From Candidatus Saccharicenans sp. (GTDB lineage Bacteria; Acidobacteriota; Aminicenantia; Aminicenantales; Saccharicenantaceae): 64,000 nt of DNA. Positions within the stretch are counted from its first letter, which is position 1, and each line of letters starts with the position of its first letter. The DNA is taken from the NCBI GenBank assembly GCA_029907135.1, contig JARYMJ010000005.1, positions 446 through 64,445 on the forward strand, given 5' to 3'. This document shows, in pieces, positions 43,945 through 53,530 of the stretch. The position numbers and the translations under genes are program-made. Under the pieces are notes generated by a model. The model was not told where the DNA came from. It ran no database searches and saw nothing but the letters and a program-made list of their open reading frames with translations.

Positions 43945-45552
43945 ATGGCGGAATCAAAGAAAATTCAGGGTACCGGGCGGGAATCAGAGGGAGTTATCAG
44001 GCGTCGGGAATTTTTCCAGCATTGCGGCCGCTGTGCTCTGCTGGCCGCAGCTGGCCTGGCCGCCGGGACCCCCGGCAGCCGAGCCCAACAGCCGGCCCTT
44101 TTGGATTTTAGTTCTCTCCCCGTCAAGAAAAAAGCCAGGGTGAGATTGATTTTTGCCCTGCATCAACCCAAGCAAGACCGGCCCGACTGGCCCAACCTGG
44201 GTTTTGATTTCAGGCCGGTGATGGAACGTTACCTAACTTTTCTGGAAAAGAAACTGCCAGAGTTTTCCTTCGTGGCCTCCACGGCCAGCAGCCCGGAAGA
44301 AACAGACAGCCTCCTGCAAGAAGACCGGGAAAAAGACATTGATGGCTACGTGGTGTTCCAATTAAACTGCTGGAATCGAGTGGTCCAGCCGGTGGTGGAA
44401 AGCGGCCAACCGGTCCTTTATGTTGATTTTCAATATGGGGGTAGCGGCGGCTTCCTGGTTTATACCGCTGGTCTACTCAGGCAGAAACGGGAAAATTTTG
44501 GCTTCATCTGTTCTTCCAAACCAGACCATCTGGCCGAGGCTGTTAGAACCCTGGGCCTCCTTAAGAACCAGCGCCAGGAGACCAGCCTGGCCCGGCTGGT
44601 GGAGCAGGTCAGAAGGAAACTGACTCCGGCCCCGGGCTACCTGGCCTGTTATCCTGACCCCCTCAACCTTCTTTCGCCGGAGGAAACTTTGTATCGAATG
44701 AAGGATAGTTCCATTCTTTTATTTCGTGACCACCAAGGAGGGGAACCTCTGAACCTGGCCGGGATTCGGGTCCTGAACCTGCCTTTTTCTGAACTTAACT
44801 CCGCCTGGGAAACAGCCGACAGGGAGGAAGCCAGGGAAATAGCCAGGAGCTGGTGGAAAAAAGCCGCCCTGGTGCTGAACGTGAAATTTTCCGAACTGGT
44901 CAATTCCGCGGCCATGTACCTGGGAATGAAGGAACTTCTCCGGAAATACCAGGCCATGGCTATAACCATCAACTGCCTGGGCGGTTTCTATGGTGGACAC
45001 CTTCAGGCCTATCCTTGCCTTGGCTTTCATGAATTGAACAACCAGGGGCTCGTGGGCGCCTGCGAGGCTGACCTGAGGTCGACCGCCACCATGGTTGCTT
45101 TCAGCCTCATGACCGGGGGGCGACCAGGGTATATTTCTGACCCGGTCATAGATATTGCCGAGCGTCACATTATCTACGCCCACTGCGTAGCTTCCAACCG
45201 GGTTTTCGGACCGAAGGGTCCGGCCAACCCCTTTGAAATCCTGACGCACTCCGAGGACCGCCAGGGAGCTTCTGTTAGGTCCCTGATGCCGTCCGGCTAT
45301 CTGACGACTTCCCTGGAGATTGACCAGAACCGGAAAGAAATCTTGCTGCACCAGGCTAAGGCGGTGGGCAATTCTTTCGACGACCGAGCCTGCCGGACCA
45401 AGCTGGTGGCTGAACCTGTGGGCGACCTGGAAAAGCTGTTTACCATGTGGGATCTGTGGGGCTGGCACCGGGTTACCTTTTATGGAGACCTGAAACCGGC
45501 CGCGGCCGCTCTGGCTTCGGTCCTGGGGTACCGGCTGGTGGAAGAAGCCTAA
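43945..45552 (+). CDS. Hypothetical Tat-signal protein with L-fucose/L-arabinose-isomerase-like core
   Basis: VIRRREFFQHCGRCALLAAAGLAAGTPGSRAQ is a twin-arginine signal. The central block AITINCLGG...AYPCLGFHELNNQGLVGACEADL resembles the conserved core of FucI/AraA-family isomerases, recognised from memory only. An alternative ATG lies at 43906. Confidence 0.4.
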   Translation: MAESKKIQGTGRESEGVIRRREFFQHCGRCALLAAAGLAAGTPGSRAQQPALLDFSSLPVKKKARVRLIFALHQPKQDRPDWPNLGFDFRPVMERYLTFLEKKLPEFSFVASTASSPEETDSLLQEDREKDIDGYVVFQLNCWNRVVQPVVESGQPVLYVDFQYGGSGGFLVYTAGLLRQKRENFGFICSSKPDHLAEAVRTLGLLKNQRQETSLARLVEQVRRKLTPAPGYLACYPDPLNLLSPEETLYRMKDSSILLFRDHQGGEPLNLAGIRVLNLPFSELNSAWETADREEAREIARSWWKKAALVLNVKFSELVNSAAMYLGMKELLRKYQAMAITINCLGGFYGGHLQAYPCLGFHELNNQGLVGACEADLRSTATMVAFSLMTGGRPGYISDPVIDIAERHIIYAHCVASNRVFGPKGPANPFEILTHSEDRQGASVRSLMPSGYLTTSLEIDQNRKEILLHQAKAVGNSFDDRACRTKLVAEPVGDLEKLFTMWDLWGWHRVTFYGDLKPAAAALASVLGYRLVEEA

Positions 45553-45602
45553 AAACCCCTGTCACGAAAATAAATAATTTCCATACAGGAAGGAGAGAGT
45601 CA

Positions 45603-48341
45603 ATGAGCCCTAAAAAATTTTTGGCTGTTTCCCTGATATTTTTCCTGGCCACCAGTTTCCTGGTTCTGGGCGCTCAGCCTAAAAAAGTGAAACCACCGGC
45701 TGCTCCCTCATTTTCCGAATCAATTTTTAAGTCGATAAAATTCCGTTCCATCGGTCCGACCAGGCAGAGTGGCCGCTTTGTGGATTTGGCCGTTCCGGCC
45801 CAGCGTCCTTACACCTTTTACGCGGCCACGGCTTCTGGTGGGCTCTGGAAAACCGTCAACAACGGCCTTACCTTTGAACCCATTTTCGACCACGAAAAAG
45901 TTTTTTCCATAGGTGACATCGAAGTTGCTCCTGACAATCCTGATGTAATCTGGGTAGGAAGCGGTGAAGCTAACAATTCTCGCTCGACTTACTGGGGTGA
46001 TGGCGTTTATAAAAGCCTGGATGGAGGACGAACCTGGAAAAATATGGGCCTAAATGATTCCCACCACATCGGCCGGATAGTGATTGACCCTTCCGACCCG
46101 GACACGGTTTACGTAGCTGCCCTGGGCCATCTCTATTCAGAGAATGAAGAGCGTGGACTTTACAAAACCACTGACGGTGGACTCAACTGGAAGAAAGTTC
46201 TTGATATTAAACTGGATGGCCGGGCCATAGGTGTGGTTGAGGTGGCCCTCAACCCCCGTAATCCCCGGATTGTCTACGCCGCCACCTACGACCGCCTGAG
46301 AAAGCCCTGGAACTATCAGCTGGGTGGACCCGGCAGTGGAATTTATAAGAGCGAAGACGGCGGCCAGACCTGGAGGAAGCTGGAAAACGGCCTGCCGGGT
46401 GGCATCCTGGGAAGGATTGGTCTGAGTGTTTATCGCGGGAATCCCAGAATAGTCTACGCCTGCATCGAAAATGCTAACAAGCCCGGCCTGTCGGCGGCCG
46501 ATAGGTATCGCGAGATAGTACTGGGCTTGCCCAGTGCCGGAATGATAGATGGAGAAGTGTACCGTTCCGATGATGGGGGAGAGAGCTGGAAAAAAATCAG
46601 CCCCGAAGGCCAGAGCATCGGCGGGGCTCCTGGATATTATTACGGCCAGATTATCGTTGACCCCAATGATGACCGGGTGGTTTACGTCCTGAGTGTCTCG
46701 GTCCTTGGTACCAGAGATGGAGGCCGAACCTGGAATCGACGGGTGTTCGACTTTGGCGGCGACAACCATGCCCTGTGGATCGACCCGGCCAATTCTGATC
46801 ACATGCTGCTAGGTTATGACCACGGGATGGGAATTACCTATGACGGGGGCAAGAACTGGTATCATCCCGACTTCCTGCCGCTGGCTCAATTCTATGCTGT
46901 GGGCCTCGATAATTCCTATCCCTACCGGGTGGCCGGCGGGACTCAGGATAATGGCTCCCACCTGGGACCGAGCACCAGGCCCGGCGGCCGACCAATACGC
47001 CTGGAGCACTGGTCGACGGTCGGCGGGGGTGACGGCATGTACAACGTCTTTGACTGGAAAACTAACCGCTACCTTTACAACGAATCCCAATTCGGGGTCA
47101 TCCAGAGGGTTGACCTGCAGACCGGGGAGCGAAAGAGCATTCGCTACAACCGGCCCGACCTGCGCTGGAACTGGTGTGCCCCGATCCTGGTCTCGCGCCA
47201 CAACAGTGATGTCATCTACCACGGGGCTAATATTCTGCTCAAATCTCCCTACCGGGGAGAATTCTGGCTGGAGGTCAGCCCCGACCTGACCACCAATGAT
47301 AAGGACAAATTGCCCCAGGGGAAAGGCGGAGACGGCAACATCCAGTACTGCACCATAACCACCATAGACGAATCACCCCTGGTCGAAGGCCTGCTCTGGG
47401 TGGGCACCGACGACGGCAATGTCTGGCTGACCAGAGATGGCGGAAAAAACTGGGAAAAGCTCAATGATAAAATAAAAGGCCATCCTGGCTACTGGGTCAG
47501 CCGGGTAACCGCTTCCAACTTCAACCCGGCCACCGCTTATGTCACCTTTACCGGCTTCCGCCATGACGACTTCCGACCGTTCATCTTCCGCACTGATGAT
47601 TATGGCCAGACCTGGACCTCGATTTCAGGCAACCTGACCGAAGGACCGGTTAACGTTATCCGGGAAGATTTTCGGCAGCCGCGGCTGCTTTTTGTCGGAA
47701 CCGATTTCGGGGTTCAGCTGTCCCTCGACGGCGGTCAGAACTGGTTCAAGCTGAAGGGGAACCTGCCTACCCAGCCGGTCCACGACCTGCAGCTTCACCC
47801 CAGGGAAAACGACCTGGTGGTAGCCACCCACGGCCGGGGAATTTTCATAGCCGATATTTCCTGGTTGCAAGAACTGAGCCCCGAAATTCTCAACCGTGAC
47901 CTCCACCTTTTCCAGGTTGAACCAAAGATAAAGTGGGTTGATAACGATAACGGTCACTCCAGTTCCCTCAATTTTGATGGAGAAAGCGAACCAGAGGCGG
48001 TGGTCATAAACTACTACCTGAAATCGGCGATCAGCGGCGAGGTAAAAATAAAAATCTACAACGGGCAGCTGCTGCTGTCCGAGCTCAAGGGTCAGGGTCA
48101 AGCCGGATTTAACCAGGTGCTCTGGAATATGACCGCCAGGCGAGAGAGGACTGTGGAAGAAAAAAAGCAGGTACAGTCGATGCTGACCCGGATGGCTGGT
48201 TCGGGGTACCGGGCCCAGATAGACCCCGATTATGTTTACTTTCCGGTCAGGGAAGGGGAGTACCGGGTGGTGGTGGAAGCCGGAGGCCGCCAAGCTTCAG
48301 GCCTGATCCGGATTCTACCCGACCCCAGAAATCTGGATTAA
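45603..48341 (+). CDS. Secreted sortilin/VPS10-type BNR propeller protein, paralog 3, with C-terminal Ig-like module
   Basis: ATG 45603 follows AGGAAGGAGAG and opens signal peptide MSPKKFLAVSLIFFLATSFLVLGA; the track start at 45447 overlaps the previous gene. N-terminal block ATASGGLWKTVNNGLTFEPIF. Asp-boxes: SLDGGRTW, TTDGGLNW, SEDGGQTW, SDDGGESW, TRDGGRTW, TRDGGKNW, TDDYGQTW, SLDGGQNW. C-terminal block ATHGRGIFIAD. Confidence 0.75.
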   Translation: MSPKKFLAVSLIFFLATSFLVLGAQPKKVKPPAAPSFSESIFKSIKFRSIGPTRQSGRFVDLAVPAQRPYTFYAATASGGLWKTVNNGLTFEPIFDHEKVFSIGDIEVAPDNPDVIWVGSGEANNSRSTYWGDGVYKSLDGGRTWKNMGLNDSHHIGRIVIDPSDPDTVYVAALGHLYSENEERGLYKTTDGGLNWKKVLDIKLDGRAIGVVEVALNPRNPRIVYAATYDRLRKPWNYQLGGPGSGIYKSEDGGQTWRKLENGLPGGILGRIGLSVYRGNPRIVYACIENANKPGLSAADRYREIVLGLPSAGMIDGEVYRSDDGGESWKKISPEGQSIGGAPGYYYGQIIVDPNDDRVVYVLSVSVLGTRDGGRTWNRRVFDFGGDNHALWIDPANSDHMLLGYDHGMGITYDGGKNWYHPDFLPLAQFYAVGLDNSYPYRVAGGTQDNGSHLGPSTRPGGRPIRLEHWSTVGGGDGMYNVFDWKTNRYLYNESQFGVIQRVDLQTGERKSIRYNRPDLRWNWCAPILVSRHNSDVIYHGANILLKSPYRGEFWLEVSPDLTTNDKDKLPQGKGGDGNIQYCTITTIDESPLVEGLLWVGTDDGNVWLTRDGGKNWEKLNDKIKGHPGYWVSRVTASNFNPATAYVTFTGFRHDDFRPFIFRTDDYGQTWTSISGNLTEGPVNVIREDFRQPRLLFVGTDFGVQLSLDGGQNWFKLKGNLPTQPVHDLQLHPRENDLVVATHGRGIFIADISWLQELSPEILNRDLHLFQVEPKIKWVDNDNGHSSSLNFDGESEPEAVVINYYLKSAISGEVKIKIYNGQLLLSELKGQGQAGFNQVLWNMTARRERTVEEKKQVQSMLTRMAGSGYRAQIDPDYVYFPVREGEYRVVVEAGGRQASGLIRILPDPRNLD

Positions 48342-48415
48342 AATATAACTTGCCAATGGCGGCCCAGAGTGAAAGGAATTTGGCCTCCGGTTGAAAAAAG
48401 GTCCTGGAGGAGATA

Positions 48416-49486
48416 ATGAAAGTTTATAGCCCGGAACAATTGGAAAGGCTAATAAGCCACCAGCCACGGGTCAGGCTGATTTCCGCTCCCACGCCGCTGT
48501 ATCCACTGAAAAACCTGGCCGCCGAGCTTGGGCTTAAAGAAATCCTTGTTAAAAGAGATGACCTGACCGGGCTGGCTCTGGGTGGTAACAAATCACGCAA
48601 ACTGGAATTCATCCTGGCTGACGCTCTCCGCCAGGAAGCTGATACCATTATCACCTGGGGCAGTCTCCAGTCGAACTGGTGCCTGCAGACGGCCGCCGCC
48701 GCCCGCAAGTGCGGCCTGAAACCGGTGCTGGTGCTGTTTAAGACCTACGACCTGCAGCAGATAGACCAGGGGAACGTCCTGCTGGAAAAATTGCTGGGCG
48801 CTGAAATCCAACTCAGGGAGACAGAAAAGAAAGGTAAATCGCCCGACCAGGCACAGGCCTTCCGCCTGCTGGAAGAAGCGGCCCAGGTTGAAAGGAGAAA
48901 GGGCCATAAACCTTACCTGGTGGCGGTGGGCGGCTCGGCCTGCGGCGGCCACCTGGAAAAACCTCTGGGAGCCCTGGCCTATGTTCTGAGTCTGCTCGAA
49001 ACCTACCGACAAACCGCTGCTTCCGGACCTCCTGATTACCTGGTGGTGGCCAGCGGGTCGGGCGGCACTCAGGCCGGGCTGCTGGTGGGAGCCAGAGCCC
49101 TGGGATTAGAAACTAAAATTATCGGTATCTGCGTTTCGGATAAAAAAGAAGAATTCTTGCCGGTGGTAAGGCAAATCGCCCTAGACCTGGTAGAGTTCCT
49201 CGGTCTGGACCTGACCCTGGAGAATAGCGACATTATTCTACTAGATGATTACCTTGGAGCCGGCTACGGGCAGGTCACAGCAGAGGTCAGCTCGGTCATC
49301 AGGCTCCTGCTACAAAAAGAAGCCCTGGTGCTGGACCCGGTTTATACCAGCAAGGCCATGCTCGGCCTGGTCGACCTGGCCCGCAAAAAATATTTCCGGC
49401 CGGGCGATAGAGTTCTCTTCCTGCATACCGGCGGCCTGCCGGCCCTGTTTGCCTTCCCCGACCGCCTGCTGCTTAAGTGCGCTTAA
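48416..49486 (+). CDS. PLP-dependent D-cysteine desulfhydrase/ACC deaminase family enzyme
   Basis: DLTGLALGGNKSRKLEFILADA carries the PLP-Lys motif of the DcyD/ACC-deaminase family. SGSGGTQAGL is the Gly-rich phosphate loop. RBS GGAGGAG. Confidence 0.75.
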   Translation: MKVYSPEQLERLISHQPRVRLISAPTPLYPLKNLAAELGLKEILVKRDDLTGLALGGNKSRKLEFILADALRQEADTIITWGSLQSNWCLQTAAAARKCGLKPVLVLFKTYDLQQIDQGNVLLEKLLGAEIQLRETEKKGKSPDQAQAFRLLEEAAQVERRKGHKPYLVAVGGSACGGHLEKPLGALAYVLSLLETYRQTAASGPPDYLVVASGSGGTQAGLLVGARALGLETKIIGICVSDKKEEFLPVVRQIALDLVEFLGLDLTLENSDIILLDDYLGAGYGQVTAEVSSVIRLLLQKEALVLDPVYTSKAMLGLVDLARKKYFRPGDRVLFLHTGGLPALFAFPDRLLLKCA

Positions 49487-49527
49487 AAGATGGGCGCCTT
49501 TTTGGCGGCCTGGCTCTGGTGGCTCCG

Positions 49528-50472
49528 CTAACGAGCGGTGGATTTCAGGTACTTCAGGAATTCGGAATTGGTGGTCAGAATCAACCAGGTATTCTGAGCC
49601 AGGGTACTGCGATAGGTCTCCAGGGTCTTCAAGAACTGGTAGAATTCCGGGTCCAGGTTGTAAGCCTGGGCATAGATGGCCGTGGCTTCGGCTTCGGCCC
49701 GACCCTTGATTTCCTGGGCTCGGCGGTAGGCTTCCGAGGTAATTATCTTGAGCTCCCGCTCTTTCTGGCCCCGGATTTCGGCGCTGCGTCCATCTCCTTC
49801 TGACCGGTACCTGGAAGCAATCCTTTTCCTTTCGGCAATCATCCGGTCAAAGACCTTCTTCTGGACCTCATCCACGTAGTTTACCCTCTTGATTCTAACG
49901 TCCTTGAGCTCAACCCCAAATTCAGGTGTTATCCTGGAAGCTTTTTCCAAGATGATTTCGGCAATCCGGGCCCGCCCGACCTGGATCTTACCGGTGACTT
50001 CGGAGTAATCCAGCAGGGCTGATTCCTCGCTCAGGTTAAATTCCCGGTTAGTGGAGCGGACGATTTCAATCAGGCTATAGCTGGCGATGACGTTGCGGGT
50101 TTCACCGTCAACTACATCGTCCAGACGGGAATGGGCTCCCCGTTCATCCTTGACCCGCTGGTAAAAAACCAGGGGGTCGCTGATGCGCCAGCGGCAGTAG
50201 GTATCGACCCAGATATATTTCTTATCCCGGGTGGGAATCTGGGTGGCATCACCATCCCACTCCAGCCATCTTTTCTCGAAATAGTTGGCTTTCTGGACGA
50301 AAGGAATTTTGAAATGCAGTCCCGGGCTGGTTACCGCTCCCCCGATGGGTTGGCCGAACTGGGTGATGATGACCTGGTTGGTTTCGGAGACCACGTAGAT
50401 GCCATCGATGAGGGCCAGCAGGACCAGGATGATAACAATGGCCAGGATCAACTTCAAAGTTGGGTTTTTCAT
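49528..50472 (-). CDS. hflC: Protease modulator HflC (SPFH/band-7)
   Basis: N-terminal TM, an SPFH domain and a C-terminal coiled coil. The start overlaps the hflK stop by 4 nt (ATGA). Confidence 0.8.
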   Translation of the reverse strand: MKNPTLKLILAIVIILVLLALIDGIYVVSETNQVIITQFGQPIGGAVTSPGLHFKIPFVQKANYFEKRWLEWDGDATQIPTRDKKYIWVDTYCRWRISDPLVFYQRVKDERGAHSRLDDVVDGETRNVIASYSLIEIVRSTNREFNLSEESALLDYSEVTGKIQVGRARIAEIILEKASRITPEFGVELKDVRIKRVNYVDEVQKKVFDRMIAERKRIASRYRSEGDGRSAEIRGQKERELKIITSEAYRRAQEIKGRAEAEATAIYAQAYNLDPEFYQFLKTLETYRSTLAQNTWLILTTNSEFLKYLKSTAR

Positions 50473-51452
50473 TTCTTCACCTCCTCACCCAGATTCAGCA
50501 GCGGCACCAGGTTCTTCTGGGCTTCGTCCACCACGATTTTCTTATCGATCTTGGCCAGGACTTCGGACAGGGTCTCCAGATACAGCCGTTTCCTGGTGAC
50601 GGCCGGAGCCTTGGCATACTCGCGGTAGATGGAGATGAACCGGGCGGCATCACCCCGGGCATTATTGACCCGTTCTGAAGCATAACCTTCCGCGGCCCTG
50701 ATCATCTGTTCAGCTTCCCCCTGGGCTTTGGGAATTTCCTGGTTGTACTCGGCCCAGGCTTCGTTGATTTTTCTTTCTTTTTCCTGCAAAGCCTGGTTGA
50801 CTTCATTGAAAGACGGTTTGACCGTATCGGGTGGATTAACATCCTGGAAGATGAGCTGGTTGACTTCCAGGCCCAGTTCGTAGGCGTCGACCAGCTTTTG
50901 CAGAGAAGCCATGGCCTCAGCGGCCAGGCCGGCCCGTCCGAACGTTATAACCTCATCCACCGAGGCGTCTCCCACCACCTGCCTGATGACGGCTTCAGTC
51001 ATGGCCCGGAAAGTCTGGACCGGGTCCCGTACCTTGAACAGGAACCGGTATGGATCCTTGATTTTATACTGAACTATCCACTCGGCCACCACTACGTTCA
51101 GGTCTCCGGTCAGCATCATGGATTCTTTCCTGGTTTCATCGTTAACATAGTATTCTGATTTAACACCAGGCCTTACAGTGCGGTAACCGAACTCCAGCTT
51201 CAGCTGGCGCTGGACGGGAACTCGGGTCAGTTTTTCCATCCCCAAGGGTAGTTTGAAGTGCAGTCCTGGCTCGGTGGTTCTGACAAACCGGCCAAAACGC
51301 AGTATCACCCCGATTTCCTCGGGTCGGATCTGGTAAACGGAACTGATCAACAGAACCAGGACCACCAGCCCGATAACCCCGTACCTTATCCAGCGGCCAG
51401 AAAACCTGGGTAAATCATACTCAGGCCAGCCGCTCTTGAATTGTCCGGGCAT
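50469..51452 (-). CDS. hflK: Protease modulator HflK (SPFH/band-7)
   Basis: TM segment YGVIGLVVLVLLISSVY, an SPFH domain (GLHFKLP...), and a coiled-coil tail. RBS GGAGGG. Classic hflK-hflC order. Confidence 0.8.
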   Translation of the reverse strand: MPGQFKSGWPEYDLPRFSGRWIRYGVIGLVVLVLLISSVYQIRPEEIGVILRFGRFVRTTEPGLHFKLPLGMEKLTRVPVQRQLKLEFGYRTVRPGVKSEYYVNDETRKESMMLTGDLNVVVAEWIVQYKIKDPYRFLFKVRDPVQTFRAMTEAVIRQVVGDASVDEVITFGRAGLAAEAMASLQKLVDAYELGLEVNQLIFQDVNPPDTVKPSFNEVNQALQEKERKINEAWAEYNQEIPKAQGEAEQMIRAAEGYASERVNNARGDAARFISIYREYAKAPAVTRKRLYLETLSEVLAKIDKKIVVDEAQKNLVPLLNLGEEVKK

Positions 51453-51494
51453 TGTCCCTCCTTTTTTACTATTAATTTTTTACTTTTTATGCTT

Positions 51495-52694
51495 TTATTT
51501 CTCGGGCACATCTGAAAACAGGGAACGAAGCAGGACCGGCAAGTCGTCCACCCTGGCCCGGTAATAATTCCGGTGGTCGGGGCTGGGCTGATAGACAGCT
51601 TTCAGTCCCTGGCCGGTCAGTATCAGAACCGAGGTGCCACTGTAGCTATCCTGAAATTTGCGGCCAGCGGCCAGGACGGCTGCCGATTCGGGCTGAACAA
51701 AAAGACCTTCCTGGCTGGCCAGCTGGCTCTGAGCTTCCAGCATTTCCTCATCGCTGACCGCCAGTATACGGGCCTGGTTTTCCCTGACCAGTTTAAGAAC
51801 CAGGTCGCCGGCCGGCGGGTCGGGGTTGGCGATCGAATGAGCGATAGTTTCAGCGGGTTTAATTTTTGTGACCTTCTCCAGCCCCAGTTCCAAGGCCCTG
51901 ACTATCGGAGCACAATTTTCGGCCTGGACCCCGACCAGAAGCGGGACTTTTTCTATGTAGCCGGCCTGTTTAAGTTCTATAAACCCCTTATACAGCCCGA
52001 TAAAATGCCCGCCCGAGCTCACCGGCAGGAAAACAAAATCCGGAGCCTGGCCCAGTTGCTCCCAGATTTCCAGAGCGGTCAGTTTATAGCCTTCCAGCCG
52101 CAGCGGGTCGACCGAATTGGCAAAATAAATGTTGAATTCCCGGCCGAGCTCATAGCTCTGCCTGAACAGCCTCCCGTAATCGCCGTCGACCTCGATGATG
52201 AGCGGTCCGAAAACAGCTGAGGACACCAGGGCCCCGGCGGAAGAACCTTTCTTGACCAGCAGGAGGCAAGTCAGACCGGCCCGGGCGGCATAGGCGGCGG
52301 TGGAGGAGGCCATGTTCCCGGTGGAGACGGTGCCAATGGCCGTCCAGCCCATCTCCACCGCTTTCTGCACCACCACAGCTGAACTCCGGTCCTTGAAGCT
52401 CAGGCTGGGGTTGGCCGATTCCAGCTTGGCCCAAACCTGGCCCGAGACCCGAATAGAATTCAAAGGAACCAAAGGTGTCTGTCCTTCTCCCAGACTCAGC
52501 TCCGGCCTCACTTTTTGCAGTGGCAGGCAGGCTGAGAACTTTTCCAGGCTGGAAGGAGCTGGCTTCTTAATATCCAGGGGCAGACCAGAAGGTGGCTTGA
52601 ACCACATCGGTTGTCGGCAATCGGGGCAGAAAAAGTCGTTCGGCCGGAAAAAATCTTCCCGACCACAGAGCGGACACTGGACGGTGGTCTTCAT
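51495..52694 (-). CDS. thrC: Threonine synthase with N-terminal 4-Cys zinc ribbon
   Basis: CPLCG...CPDC forms the ribbon. NPSLSFKDRSS carries the PLP Lys, and PVSSGGHFIG is the phosphate loop. Confidence 0.8.
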   Translation of the reverse strand: MKTTVQCPLCGREDFFRPNDFFCPDCRQPMWFKPPSGLPLDIKKPAPSSLEKFSACLPLQKVRPELSLGEGQTPLVPLNSIRVSGQVWAKLESANPSLSFKDRSSAVVVQKAVEMGWTAIGTVSTGNMASSTAAYAARAGLTCLLLVKKGSSAGALVSSAVFGPLIIEVDGDYGRLFRQSYELGREFNIYFANSVDPLRLEGYKLTALEIWEQLGQAPDFVFLPVSSGGHFIGLYKGFIELKQAGYIEKVPLLVGVQAENCAPIVRALELGLEKVTKIKPAETIAHSIANPDPPAGDLVLKLVRENQARILAVSDEEMLEAQSQLASQEGLFVQPESAAVLAAGRKFQDSYSGTSVLILTGQGLKAVYQPSPDHRNYYRARVDDLPVLLRSLFSDVPEK

Positions 52695-52873
52695 CTAAAT
52701 AATTTCTTTATACTCAGAGTTTATCCGAACCACGGCCACAAGTAAAGATATATGTACCAATTGAACCGGGGTAGCAGCTATTTCTTACTATTCAGATAGG
52801 AATACTATGGATTCGGCCTGGACGGAGAACAGCGGTTGCCAGCGGCTGCCGATAGTCTTAAAATTATCTGGCG

Positions 52874-53386
52874 GTGAAAAAAGAAGCATTCAAGGACGAT
52901 GTTTATTTCATGCGGCTGGCCTTGGCCGAAGCCCGAAAAGCGGCCGACAGGGGAGAGGTACCGGTGGGAGCGGTGCTGGTCGAAGGTCAGCAGCTCCTGG
53001 CCCGCGGGCATAATCGGCCGCTGGCCGCGGCTGACCCCACCGCCCATGCCGAAATCGTGGTGCTCAGGCGAGCCGCCCGGAAAGCCGGCAATTACCGGCT
53101 GCCTGGTTCGACTCTTTACGTTACGGTTGAGCCTTGCCCCATGTGCCTGGGAGCCATTATCCAGGCCCGGGTCAAAAAGCTGGTTTATGCTACCGAGGAC
53201 CCAAAAGCCGGGGCCGTGGTTTCCAGGTTGAAATTCAATCTGGCTGCGGCTAACCACCGACCGGAAATCAGGGCTGGTGTCTGCCGGGAAGAAGCCAGCC
53301 GCCTATTGAAGGATTTTTTCAAAGAGAAGCGACTGGAAAAAAATAAAAGGGGCAGAGCGGTTGCAAAGCTTGAAGGCTTCAAGTAA
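52874..53386 (+). CDS. tadA: tRNA adenosine(34) deaminase
   Basis: HAEIVVLRRAA (H-A-E) and PCPMCLGAI (PCxxC) form the CDA zinc motifs. The N-terminal FMRLALAEARKA is typical of TadA. GTG start. Confidence 0.85.
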   Translation: MKKEAFKDDVYFMRLALAEARKAADRGEVPVGAVLVEGQQLLARGHNRPLAAADPTAHAEIVVLRRAARKAGNYRLPGSTLYVTVEPCPMCLGAIIQARVKKLVYATEDPKAGAVVSRLKFNLAAANHRPEIRAGVCREEASRLLKDFFKEKRLEKNKRGRAVAKLEGFK

Positions 53387-53399
53387 ATTACTCAAAAGC

Positions 53400-53494
53400 G
53401 GAGAGGTGGCCGAGTGGTTGAAGGCGACGGTCTCGAAAACCGTTATTCCGGGTAATAACCGGAATCGCGGGTTCGAATCCCGCCCTCTCCGCCA
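53400..53494 (+). tRNA. tRNA-Ser (anticodon CGA), long variable arm, CCA encoded
   Basis: Manual fold: acceptor GGAGAGG/CCTCTCC, D-arm GCC-GAGTGGTTGAA-GGC, anticodon stem ACGGT/ACCGT with loop CTCGAAA, a 23-nt variable arm, T-arm GCGGG-TTCGAAT-CCCGC, discriminator G, then CCA. Confidence 0.9.
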
Positions 53495-53530
53495 TCCTTA
53501 AAGATATTTTCAGGCGTGGTTGGTGTCAGG

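Noticed and set aside
45447-45602. The track ORF extends VPS10 paralog 3 upstream to 45447, overlapping the preceding gene by ~100 nt.
   Set aside because: The extension encodes Gly/Arg/Pro-rich sequence with no signal peptide. ATG 45603 has a strong RBS (AGGAAGGAGAG) and opens a canonical signal peptide homologous in position to those of the other two paralogs.
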